Below are positions 1-12,320 of a stretch of 64,000 bases of DNA, one piece after another (position 1 is the first letter of the stretch; every line of letters begins with the position of its first letter). The notes under the pieces are model-generated. The model saw only the letters and a list, made by a program, of their open reading frames with translations. It was not told the DNA's origin and made no database searches. Source of the DNA: Iphione sp. A-MEVVRFRX5 (taxonomy: Eukaryota). Both the position numbers and the translations under genes were made by a program. The stretch is taken from contig OZ320323.1 of assembly GCA_976226885.1 (NCBI GenBank), positions 19,282,001 to 19,346,000 of the forward strand, given 5' to 3'.

Positions 1-500
1 TTTTCCATTACTGATTGTATGGATATTGAGTTCTTGTTGCATGTACATTGGTATGCATTGATAAAACCCCTCTACGAGGACTACCAAAGTTCTTCATCGA
101 AAGTGTGACCTCCATTTCCACAGAGGATGTTCTGCTAATTAACAGTGTCAGAAGTTGTTTTATCAAGCCAATACAGAACCTTGCTTCCTTCTCGTTTCAT
201 TTGAGCCCCTACCTACCACACCCTCATAGCGTATTTTCACACATAGTTTTGGATTGTATGCATGTCATTTGGTACGCATTATAAACATTATATCAGAATT
301 CACTTCTTTTAAAAAATCAATTGTGAATTTGTCTTATTGTGATAATCATTTTTTCGTGTCTGTTAACATTCAAATAAAAAAAATCATCGACAAAGTCACC
401 AGGTTATGCCCCGACGACCTGAATCCGTAATGGATAAATCTCTCAGTTATGTGCACACCGTTGATAATGATAATTATATGGGTTGCAGTGACAGGCTCAC

Positions 501-656
501 CGTTGGGTCCCGCCTCATGGCTCCGATGCAGTCGGCGCCCTGTTCCTTCAGCCTCTTCAACATGTCGTCGTCCGCGCCTCCCCTCATGATGCCACGACAC
601 AGCGCGTCCTTCTGCGTCTCGTTCATCTGACCGACAGCTTCTCGTAGCTTCGAAAC
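501..656 (-). CDS. Internal coding exon of an unidentified multi-exon gene
   Basis: GC-rich 156-nt segment bounded by acag| (AG at 658-657) and |gtgagc (GT at 500-499). Phase 0-0, open: VSKLREAVGQMNETQKDALCRGIMRGGADDDMLKRLKEQGADCIGAMRRDPT. No family recognised. Confidence 0.72.
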
Positions 657-1890
657 CTGTCATTATGATCATGAGTGGCGTGTTCATTGATGTTTTTTTT
701 TATTTATCGCGTGGGTTCGCTGCATACAGATAAAACATGACAACGGGGGAGGAACCTTTCAAATAGCCCAGAGGGGTGGGGATTGGGGTGCAGGTGGGGA
801 GGGACTTTTCTTCTGAGCCACCATTTTAATTTAGATACCTTTTTCTTGTGAGCCACCTTGTGGCAAATCAAAATAACTATCATTATTTATGCGTCATCAA
901 TCGGTGAAGATCAGTGCAGAATCTCTCAATATACATTGGAATGGTCAACTGATTTCAGACTCGGAGCTGCTCAGAAACTCGATAACTGCTGCAGTAGGAC
1001 GGGGTGCTCTCAAGGTTCGGCCACATAAATTCACCGACAGTTTGATTCATAAATGAGGTTGGATATCACCTAGAGCCCTGTGGAACTAGTTTATCATTTA
1101 TGTAAGATGAAAAAGGTATTAGAAAGTGTTTACTCTCTGAGGTCCTTATCATGTTTGCCCAATCTGCAACAGGTAAGCCTTAACTTTATTGATATGAACA
1201 TAAAACTGTAAACTGCCCTATGGTCTGGATCATATTTCCCCTACCTTCTACAAAACTTAGTTATTATGCACAGTATAAATACAGCAGGATCATCAACCTA
1301 ATGGCCTTCATAATATTCTGACTGTCTGCTACCTATCAGTCTTGACTTTATTTGAGATACAGATGATAGTGCTTACTGCTTTATAATTCGGTTAATGTTC
1401 TTTCGATCGGCTAAAGGATGAGCCTTTGTATCCACTGTAATTCGAAATCTACTCGTACGATTACTGAAGGACAACTAAGACATATATATCCAGCATGGAC
1501 ATAGCTGATTGGTTTTAATTTGTCTACCCTACTGTGCCAGGTTTTTAAAAATAATAACATTACCTCTCTGAGTGATATGGCATAGAGACCATAGATTGCT
1601 TGTATGTATGATAATTCCTTTCAAAGTATTAGCTTCTTCCGCGTTAAAACCCCATGCGTTCATGCTTCAGCCATGTATATTTATCCCAACAAGATATATA
1701 TATAATTTCGGATTGAAGTTTTGACATAAGGACTGCTGCATGTCATTATGTTATAAAAAAAAAGTCGAAGCCAGCGCACCCGAGACCGGTTATATAACTA
1801 AAACATTTCATGGAAATGACGACCTGGTGCGTGGCAGTACGTTACAAAACTCACACTGAGATCAGTCCCCTGAAGACATATGCTTATATA

Positions 1891-1970
1891 AATACTGTAT
1901 TTAATAATAATAATAATACTGATAATTAATACTAACAATAATAATAATAATGATAACACTGATAATAATA
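1891..1970. repeat. Degenerate (AAT)n low-complexity tract
   Basis: Interrupted aataataat runs visible directly. Confidence 0.8.
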
Positions 1971-2043
1971 ACGGACTGGTGCATACCAGTGTGATACAAA
2001 AACCATACTGAAGGAGATGGGTTAATCTAGGAAGTTCACTTAC

Positions 2044-2189
2044 AGCTATGCGTTTCATCTGACCCATATCTAGACCCTCCTTCCTTTTGTCCATCTGAAT
2101 GCCTCCAGGCATCGTCTTGATGTGACTCTCAGGCGTAACCCCTTCTCGCTTCTCTTCTCCACGCACGCCATTGATGAATTGCAGTGAAG
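2044..2189 (-). CDS. Internal coding exon of the same unidentified gene
   Basis: Pyrimidine-rich acceptor tttcatttcttttcgatttatggccttgcag| and donor |gtaagt. 146 nt, phase 1-0, open: SLQFINGVRGEEKREGVTPESHIKTMPGGIQMDKRKEGLDMGQMKRIA. Joins in frame to exon 656-501. Confidence 0.72.
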
Positions 2190-3519
2190 CTGCAAGGCCA
2201 TAAATCGAAAAGAAATGAAAAAGCCATGAAGATCGGGTTTTCTTTAGAAAACATTTTTGCCGTTATAATATGCATGTACGTCCGACCGCTTAAGCAACAC
2301 ATATTTGAAAACAACATGTATTATCATCAACACTTGACAGATGACTTGTTTTATTACAGCCTCTCTTACAGTTTTCATTGGATTTGCTTATCTAATTACT
2401 CTCCACACTGAGTTAGATCATGTGATCTAAATGTGTATCAGTTAAAAATGTAAAGAAAATGCATTATGATAAGCATCCATGAGTACTTTGCACAAGATTT
2501 GAAAAAAAAATCGATGATAACAAATTTACATACACATCACATGCTGATTAGAATTAGACGATAAATATCCATCTCAACTGCACCTCAAACAATGATGTCC
2601 AGAGAGTAGCATGACAAGTTGTCATCTTGTGATAAATATCACGGTGTAACATGGCAGTTTGGATGGACCAAAAATATCAATGGTAAAATTTCATTTGGAG
2701 CATTAAACGTACAAATATATTAAATCTTTACCTAGAATTAGTACTGACGATGCTACAGTCAGTGGCTTCATATTGATCTCACGGCACGCAGCGCGGACGA
2801 AATCCCCGCAACTCTCTCTGTCCGACGAAGAGCCGCCGCTCCGAACTCGTTTTCGGTGGCCAAGCCCAGCTTAAATATACCTCCCGTGAACACCTAAGGT
2901 GCCCAGGTACCAGTCGGTGGCTGGTGGCCGGCAGTTTCAATCCCTTACGTAACGTCAGGGCGTTTTGTGCAGGTCTTGCGCGACCAAAAATCAATGAGCA
3001 CGACCTTCTATACAGTTGCTGTTTGCCTAGTACCAGTGGGTACTGAGTTCATGATGAACCTACCCTGGAGTTGTTTTCACTCGGCATTGTGTAACGATTA
3101 AATGACCTCAACGGAATACTCTTTCAGTTGTGTCACCAAGAAAACTAAATCAAGCATTCTATGGTAAGGAGTTAATGTTCTCACGCTGTGGAATAGGTAC
3201 ATGTATGTGGTAAAAGATTAGCTAGGGGTTTGCTAGTGACCGTAGCTCGGAAAGTCTATGGAGGCGGTGCTGAAGATAAAAGGGATGTGACCCTTGCCTA
3301 GACTTGGCTGGATTTACAGTTTCATCGCTGCCGGAATTTATACCTAATGATCCCTTAAACAAGATCCACTTCGATATGCACTAGTGGTCTTCTTTTCATG
3401 GAAGACCCCGGTAAACGTAGCCCCGTTCGTGAAATGTACATAACAGGACTAGTGTATGAATGAAAAGAGTTTATATCTCTCTCCATGTCACCTGCATAAT
3501 CTAATTCATCCGGTATGTT

Positions 3520-3830
3520 TTGAATGGCAGAAGGCTAAAAAGAAGAGTCAGAATGGCTATAACAGAAGGAGAATGAAATCTGAAATACATTCTCTGCAAT
3601 AGATCTTGCCAGAGTAAGTACTTATGGTAGGAGACCCTGTTTAAGACTACATCATAGGGAGACCAAATCAGGTGAGAGACAAAGCTTTCTAGGACCTTAT
3701 CATACAATTCTGTCTGTACAGAGTATGTTTAATGACACCAACCATAGCACAAACCAAAATTGGCAATTCCGAAGGTTGATCTCCTATGCGGGTCTAACTA
3801 TTGAACACAGATTTATATCCTGAAATATCC
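3520..3830 (+). mobile_element. Possible highly decayed LINE endonuclease (APE) fragment
   Basis: Stop-riddled frame VLMVGDPV*DY...RDKAF*DLIIQFCL...TQP*HK...KVDLLCGSN loosely follows the APE pattern GDFN...F.DL...L.Q...PTH...LDL. Judged by eye. Confidence 0.3.
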
Positions 3831-4526
3831 TATTGGCTGCTTGCAATTTCTTGTGCCCACTGTTTTCTTACCCAGTGCATTAAATATGGAGGACCAACTC
3901 CTGGTTGACAAATCTGGTAAAATGTACGTAATCCTTGAACCAAAGTGGAAAGACAACATATTTCCCTGCTTGAATATACAAAGTACTATTTCCTTGCAAA
4001 CATCTTGGCCGAGACCTCTTTAGAAGGACAAGAAATAAAAAGAATATATATTTACATACGTGCTTCTGAAAGTGAAATACTTAATAAATTATTGATGTCA
4101 CTCATGACAACCGAGTCAACATTCATTCATCTGCCTTTGATCGTTTCCAGTTTCGCGGAGGTTGGTGCTTACCTGGGCACACGGACTGTTCAATCATGTT
4201 ATGTCAATAGGACATTGCATTCAATAAATAGAGCCTTAGTTATATGATAACTGCAGGGCAAGGGGACACATATCTACAAATACCAGTAGTCATATGTATT
4301 TCCGGTGTAAGCCGTTCTCATCCGCTGAGGCATTTCTTGATGAACACATTACATGCACACACGCGAGCACGGGTTGTTCATGGCATCACAGTCATTAAAA
4401 TATGCTATATAATTATGTACATGGAAATGAAGCCTAATGGCTTATTTTGTCATCTCAGAAAGTTAGCCAACGGTTTTCTGCTCAAGCTGGCTGGGTCCAG
4501 CTATACGTCCTTGGTACAAGTACATA

Positions 4527-4703
4527 CAGTGCAGACTCTATTAACGACCACATCATTTTCAGACCATTCTCTATTTAAGACCACCTCAGATTGGTCCCAA
4601 AATGCTGTATTCTCTACATTTTATACTCTATTTAAGACAAAATTTGCCAATAAGACCATTCGGGCTTGGTCCCAAGAGGTGGTTGTAAATAGAGACTCCA
4701 CTG
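4527..4703. mobile_element. Tc1/mariner-type MITE (family A)
   Basis: TIRs CAGTGCAGACTCTATT / AATAGAGACTCCACTG flanked by TA on both sides. Internal repeats of ctctatttaagac. Confidence 0.88.
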
Positions 4704-5016
4704 TATTTTATGGTAACTTCGACACTGAGTGAAACAACTGATGTGCTGTATCATTTGCTTTATTTTTCATTCTAAGTTATATCCTGTACACCACAATTTC
4801 TGTTTCATTTCACATTATCCATGAAAATTTTGTTTGTAATGACAAAGATGCCTAATAACCAACTTATAAACTTATACTAGCTGCGTCGTAGTCAGTGTCA
4901 GATGACAAAATTAACATTATTCAGAGGTTAACACAATAGAGTAAGCACCTGTAGAGATGACGAAGCTAGGAACTGAACTGTTCTGGTCTGTTCCTTGGTT
5001 TGGCCAAGAGAGATTT

Positions 5017-5017
<1 letters not shown>

Positions 5018-5055
<38 letters not shown>
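5018..5055. repeat. (GA)n microsatellite
   Basis: Perfect dinucleotide run. Confidence 0.98.
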
Positions 5056-5058
<3 letters not shown>

Positions 5059-5393
5059 GTATTTCTAACTCAGGACACACAACAACTCACGGTCAAGGTC
5101 AAATTTGTCAGGTCCCTTTGGTGGTCTTAATTCTGGGATGCCATTGTATATTACGTGGCTTGCTATCTTTGTTATTGCTGGACTAAAACATGTTGCCAAC
5201 ACTCACCGTTATTCAAACAAGGCAATAATAATCATCACTTTAGGAAAATGCTACAAGTGTGACATGCATTCCAATTGCGAGCCCTGGAATAGCTTGCCCT
5301 GCGGCTCCTCCTCCATTTGCACGGAAGTTAGCAACCAGTATTAATCTACGTACGCACCAATGGGTGCTTCTTGATAATTGTTGCTACAATATA

Positions 5394-6035
5394 CAGTAGG
5401 ACTTCCCTTGTGGACACCTCTGGGATAAGGACACCTCCCAAATGTGGACGATTTGGAGAAGAACCAAAATGTTTCCTATATTTAAGCATTGTAAGAGGAC
5501 CTCCCTAATCAGGACACCCATTTTAGAAGAGCTTCTCCCTGTGGTCACCCTCAAAGGGTAGAGCTTCAAGCATGTGTACATGTTTTTGTGTGAATTTGCA
5601 CCTTGAAATGCGAATTCACAACTTGAAATTAGTCTAAACCCACCTATTCGCAGTTTAAACCCCCCCCCCAATTCTTGGTCTAAACCTGCCAATTAGCAGT
5701 CTATACCCACTGAGGGTGTCAACAGCGACCTCTCTGATGTCTCTCACACCTTGAAATCAGCACTTTTTTTAACCTTATGAATTTTGAGGTACAAGAAATA
5801 ATTGCATTTGTATTTAAACTATTCCACTTGTATGGATTTGTTCTAATCTATTGTGATCTTCCATTATTTTCCATTATTTAACTGTGTTTTGAATAATAAA
5901 GATACATATCTGTATATTAAAGTCTGTTGCTATTTCATTTCCTATACTACTGACTGCTTCTCCAATCAGGACACTTTTACAATGTGGACGAATTGAGGAA
6001 GAACCCAGGGTGTCCTGATTAGAGAGGTCTCACTG
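5394..6035. mobile_element. TA-flanked Tc1/mariner-type non-autonomous element (family B), probably with internal insertions
   Basis: ta|CAGTAGGACTTC ... GAGGTCTCACTG|ta. Repeated subterminal blocks aatgtggacga(t/a)ttg...gaagaacc and aatcaggacac near both ends. Confidence 0.65.
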
Positions 6036-7756
6036 TACTCACTAAGCACCTAAAGGTACATATACACGGGTAAACCGCCAGAAAGTGGAATTCTTTCTCA
6101 TCATTTCGCCGGAAATGAAAAGTAGGGATGGGGTTTCTCTGAGCATGTTCGGTTTAGCTCTCATGTATGTAACCATCATTTGGCTGCTTTACTTGAAAAA
6201 ACAATGGAATAGTTTCGTTACGTCATTTGAAACTGTAGCATGAGAGCAATTATGGAATGAAAACAGTATACTTCTCATGGTCATAGCTACTAATGAAGTA
6301 TTAAGTATTGCCACCAACAGCATAGTCATACTCGGCGTGGAAAAAATAGACAATTGCTCTATTAATGGAATGATAACTGACGGCAAAGCATGAAGGTGCC
6401 AAGAGCCGTATTGACTCGTGTAGAAAAAGAGTGTAAGCTGAACAAATTCAAGACCATATCAATCATTGTTTCTACTAGTTATTATAGCGAAGTGTGTTAT
6501 GATGTGTGTATGAATGTCACTATTTTGATGTTGTAGCAGAGGGCATGTTGGTAAACTTTGAAAAAAAAATCGAAGATTCGGGCACAGTATAGCTGGAAAA
6601 CTTTCAACCATGTGCAAGGAAACCAAGTTTGTAAATCAATGTTTAAATAATTCTGTCATTCGAACCAGCCCAGTTCTTTGACAGTCGGTAAGTCCATTTG
6701 CTATCCCTATTACCGAGATTCCATGGTACATGCGAACAGAAGAATAGTCATACTTGTAAATTTATTACTCATATGGTATTATAAATCGAGCACTGCACAA
6801 AGACATATGTGTGCGCAAAAATTGATGTTTTACTACTGAACATCCAATTTTAAGAGCAATATGAAAAGATGTTCACTCCCGTAGGTAGAAATCTTTGTAG
6901 GGGGTATGCTATCCACTAATATTCTTAAGAGAATGCTATATGATTCACTGATGAGAGTACAGTTACAGTTACTACATTCTGAGCATTCCACTCACTCCCT
7001 GGCTGCCAATATGCTTTATATCATCGCCTTATATCACTGTCCGCAATAACGCTACGCATTGATATGGAATGGCCAAGTAACCACCACATGTAAACTGCTT
7101 TAGTAATTCCCGGAAAGAATTAAAAAAAAAAATGAAGGTCCATTCTAGGTTTTAGTGAAGGTTACTCACATTGGCCAGTTGCAGGGACATATTGTTCCTG
7201 TAAATAGTTATACTTATAAATAAGACATTTTCACATTGTGTACTGTCTTAGACTCCATAACCTGATGCACATCAGAACCCTACGCACCAGACACACCAAG
7301 GGAAATTCCCACTCATAATGAGCTTTCTATATACACATAATTGCATATTAGACCTAAGATGAAATTTCTATTTCTACTGAGCTTTCCTGATGGGCTGGTT
7401 CTATGTTCCCTATATAGTCATTTTAATTTGTATTATTGATGATAACCCTGCATTGCCTATTACTGTGCAATCCTTAACAATTATAACTTGTGGCATCAAG
7501 ATTTCCGCCACTTAGGTCCTACGTGAACTTGTGAAGAGTGCAACGTACCGAGTAACACCTTTCTTCACTTGTAACACTTTCAATAATACTTTTCTGACTT
7601 CATACCTTTCTTGAGTATCTGTCACTCACATTTTCAATATTTCCATTGTAGCTCCTAAAAAACTGGCACGGTCATTAGCAGATTTATTGTCTCCTGCTGA
7701 TACCTTCATTTGAATAGTAACGCTGCGCTAGTTCCCACACCGGATATGAATAATTA

Positions 7757-7780
<24 letters not shown>
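7757..7780. repeat. (CT)n microsatellite
   Basis: Perfect run. Confidence 0.98.
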
Positions 7781-7788
<8 letters not shown>

Positions 7789-10399
7789 GTCATTAGAAAG
7801 TCTGTAATCAGGACACTATTTCTTCGTTTCTAAACTGTTCAGAATTGAGACTTTATTTAACCTATATTATTTTTTTAAATATTATATATTTATTAAATAT
7901 ACAATATGTTCTTTAGAGTGTCCCTAATAACAACCATGTCCCTATTCAACACACCCCCTTAAGTTGGCATTCCACTGTGTCTACTCACCTGGTTATAAGA
8001 AATAGAGATGTGTTGTTATACATCTATATCTGATTAAGACATGTATCAACGCATTGAACGAAACGCTATAGTAGGGACCTGGCCGAAAGAAGCTACATTA
8101 TGGCTGCGAGAGCATTCTGGGCGTGAGGAGATAGCTATGACAGGTTGATACGCATCGAATTTGTAATGCCAGTGGTCGAGAGGTTTGGTCATTTTCCCTG
8201 TCCTTAAGACTGTAGAGGGATCATTCAATTCACTGTACACGTCGGCTAACCTTTCCTTACACACTACTTTTCAAGGCCTTAATACAGATTCGTATTGTTT
8301 GACCTGTACTTGGCAGAGATGGGCTATTAGCCGTTGTGACACCACTGAAACTCCACTAGCAAGCGACCTAGAATCATATAATTTACAACATTTTATATCA
8401 TGAACTCCTGGGTATTGGGTCATTTTAAGGATGGAAACACAACACGAGAGAGAAGATATGAAGAACCGGTTTTCTTTTGCTATTAATTCCAAAACAAACA
8501 ATAACTTGAAGCTGAGAGTACATTAAAAAAACAACAATGGATCTTCTGGGAGCAGGGACCGCAGATCAATTCGATGAACTGGGTAGACTTCAAAGTCTCC
8601 TCCATGAGATTTGTGGAGGCCATGTAGACGCATACATAAATACGATGTAATTTATATTTCAAGGGACAGTCAAACTGGAAAAAGTGGGTAAAACTTACAA
8701 GGAATAATTAATCAAATGAATGAGTGTAGTTATGTAATACAATTTCTTTTACAAAGATGGTTGCATTAAAACCGCATCATGTGGTCTTATACGAACGTTC
8801 GACACTCATTCGTCCTGAGTTCATCCCTCTGCTTCTAGACAAGTTACGCTAAAGCAAGTTTCCTTCTCCCAAATAGACTGTCTGAATTTCGTCTAGCGGA
8901 GGACTTTATTACTACTTGTGGCCGCAACCAATCCAGCGAAAAGCCAAACCGGACTTTGGGAAAAGGCAATTCCTAGGACAATGGTCCTGATGCACAGCCA
9001 CTCGAAGGAGGGCTCTGTCTTGTTGACCAATCCCTCGTCTGTACTGGGCTCATCACTAGCAGGAACATGGTCCCAACCATCGTGTTGAAGTGGGTTAGGA
9101 ATAGAAAAAAAACACAATTCAGCAAGATCGAAAAAAAGGAAATGTGAAGCAACCCGACCAACTATTATTTGCAGAGTTCTTCAGAAATGGTAACGTATTT
9201 TCTACATATCACTCCCGAGAACTGCCTTCCGACTCACTGCGTGATGCTCGAGAAATTGAGGCAATCTTCCCAGATACGAAGAACATCGAGAAGACGTTGA
9301 CGATGGGAAGGAGGGGAGTGGAGAAAGAAGGAAGGAGACACTAAGCACCCTCAAAAGATTACTCGAGGGGAGAGACACGTTTATAAAATACAATCGGTAT
9401 CACCTTCTAGTAGGTTTGAAATGGGCTTTTAATTTCAACAAGACTCTAACATGCACCAGAATATTGAATCGTGGATTTCTGCTTGATAAAAAATATGTAA
9501 GATTCAGAAAAATAAGATTCATTCTATGATAAGAAGCGTCATATCGCGACAGGTTACATAACAAACAGATGAGGGTAACTTCAGACGTGAACCCCGACAC
9601 GGGGTGGGGGTGGGGTGGGTGGAGTGTCAAATTTCCAACCCACCTTCGACCTTGGGTCATAGATTTTTCCCAGGACTTTGGTAAGGTCATCTCATATTTG
9701 TGACTCCAGTTTAGACTTTCTGTCTTTTATCGTTACCGTTTCATAATATCGGTGTATTACAGGTGGAAAGACGGAGGATGGGTGAAACACAGACAAAACA
9801 GAAAAGTAGGAGTTCTACAAAAGGAGGAATTAAAAATACCGGTACCATGCACTGATAATGATGGAAGCGCTGGCAAAGGCGGTAGTAAATGGATGAGGTA
9901 CATGTTTTCTGCTTGGAAACAAATTGGGCTTCAAAGTGGAAATAGGACGTCAACCCGTCTTTTGAAAGGTTCCGTAAACTGGGTTGTATCGGTTCTTTTT
10001 TCTGCGACCCTCATTAGTGCTGTTTGCAGTCAATACAACATTTACCACGACCTGAACAATGAGGACAGTTGATTTGAAACAAAGGTACACGTATCTACTT
10101 AAAGTCCTTCGCTCTAACAGTGCGAGTGCATCTTGCACTTCTAATGTAGTTGATCTCCGTTACGGGGCATTCGTGCTCTAAGTTCGTTTAACCCGATCAT
10201 TTAAAAAAAAATTGATCTAATATTCCGCATAATAAGGAGAATTCTGCTAATACCGTTTGGAGTGGAAAACCATCTCCATAGTTATGATTAGCTCGAAATT
10301 TCGATAGGGCACGGGTACCTACTGCAGGTGCCTTAGAGAATGCAAATCCTGTGAAAAGGACATAGTAAATAATATTTAGTCAGTAAGATCTGAGAACAC

Positions 10400-10700
10400 G
10401 GTAAAAGATACCGATCAGCTACCAATCAAAGATGTAGTTTAGTTACAAATCAAGGTAGAGGTACAGATCCATTCGAGGTAAATGCTACAGATCCGCTTCC
10501 AATAAAGGTAAAAAATATAGAACAGCTTCCAATCAATGTAAAAGATATAGTAGTTTAGTTACAAATCAAGGTGGAAGTACAGAATAGCTTCCTATCGAGG
10601 TAAAAGATACATATAAGCTTCCAGTGAGGTAAAGTGATACTCATCAGTGACCAATCAAGTCATAAGATACATATCAGCTTTCAATCACGGTCAGCTACCC
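10400..10700. repeat. Degenerate ~30-bp minisatellite
   Basis: Recurring ccaatcaaggtaaaagatacagatcagctt-like units, plus a duplicated block gtagtttagttacaaatcaaggt. Confidence 0.7.
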
Positions 10701-11971
10701 ATCAAAAAAAAAGATACAGCTCGTAATGGAACTCTAAAGACGAGGTCGAAAGTCTCCTGTAGCGATATATAGACAGTCCTCTAAGACATTTGTGCTGAAT
10801 GCTCAGAGTGATGAAAACATGGATGGTTAAGGAAGACTGAGCCATCTCTCTGGTGCTGCCAAGATCTCTGAAGTTCATGGTATGAACCGCCCACTCACAT
10901 GGTCCTCCATTGCTGGAGAACAGAGTCTCTCTCAAAAACGTGCGTTATGTCGGCAGCATATTTTCACAGCCGTGCTGAACGTGATTCAGGCATTCACAAG
11001 GAATTCAATGTGTATGAAATGGTTGTGCACGGCATCCAGAATTGTTCAGGAATGTATCCAGCTATGCTTAAGTTGTGTGTGCATGTTTATGTAAAATATC
11101 TCCTCTGCAGGTTGATATTACTTGGTCAACTAAAGGTTCATCATATGCTAGAAATTCATGGTATTGTGTTCATTAACGGAAGGATACCCTTGGAACGGTA
11201 TGTGCTAATAATGTTTGTAATTGCATCGGTCGGAAACCAGTTATTGAAGGTCCTCGTAGGCCAGGAATAAGAAACCTAAAACATTTCTATTTAAAAAGTT
11301 ACATGCCCATAAAAAAAATGATACTTTCCATTCCTTCTCGGACCAAAGTTCAAATATTGCCAGCGGTACCGATGCTATGGTTGTATCGTTAGTTATACAT
11401 GTAATTCGCTTAATATAAATTGCCCTTTCTGTCGATCGGGGCAGGTTTCCCTGGAGTACAGCGGTATTAAAATTGAGTAATGCCATGTTCGTGTAAATAT
11501 AATTTCTTTCTATGACATGGCCATTGATCAGTGTGTTTTTATTATTTCTTCCCGTCCTTATGTTTGTATATGATGAACCGCGGGTGTAAGTCATCTAGGG
11601 TGAAGCTGCATGACATATCTCTTCCGCATCGTCGGGGTACGTTACTGACCATTTACATTTTGAAGAGGCTGTATTTCCGATATGAGGGAGTAGCACAAGA
11701 AATGCTGACGCAAATAATTATAAATCAAATCAAATATATTGTTATAGATATTTTTGAGATTAAAACGATGGACCATAATGTGCAGATGCTGCTTAAGGTG
11801 CCTTTTCGACAGCAGCCATACCAACTGCAAGTATGTATGAGAACTAAACTAAACATATTATTGTCATTTTAAATATGACATCGCCCATCATACATCATTG
11901 CATCTCCTGTATATATTGCATATTTGTCACTTGTAAATGTCCAACCTGGCCATTCAAGTACTTCTAGAGTT

Positions 11972-12320
11972 GGGAGTTAGCTCAGTGGTAGAGCACTGGT
12001 CCACTGATTGAAAGGTTACAGGTTCAATTCCAGGCTAGGGACTCTTGATCAAGACCAGACATATTTACTGTAGCCCCAACCCAGAGTGGTCCACAACTTG
12101 TAAAAAAGCTGTTGGTGTATAGGTTCTATGCCCTATGTACAAAAAGACCCCAGAAACCTATTCGAAGTAAGAATAAGGGACAACCCTGGGTATTCTGGTC
12201 TCTCAATTCTCAACAATAGATGGTAATATGCTATCCCAGAAGGAAATGAAAGAGGCCTGTCCTGATGATAGGTGAATATATGCCTGGTTAAAGATACAAT
12301 GAAATGAATGAAATGAAAAA
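11972..12320 (+). mobile_element. tRNA-derived SINE
   Basis: Pol III A box TAGCTCAGTGG (11978-11988) and B box GGTTCAATTCC (12021-12031), then a non-tRNA body and a (GAAAT)n-like tail at ~12298-12320. Confidence 0.8.

Noticed and set aside
2774-2894. Further exon of the minus-strand gene (VFTGGIFKLG...SALRA)
   Set aside because: Its donor would be phase 0, incompatible with exon 2189, and the acceptor is weak. It may be repeat-derived.
10800-11270. Mitochondrial insertion read with TGA=Trp
   Set aside because: Several in-frame TGAs occur on the minus strand, but TAA stops remain and I saw no mitochondrial protein motif.
11972-12045. tRNA gene
   Set aside because: A and B boxes are present, but I could not fold a proper cloverleaf and a SINE body and tail follow.
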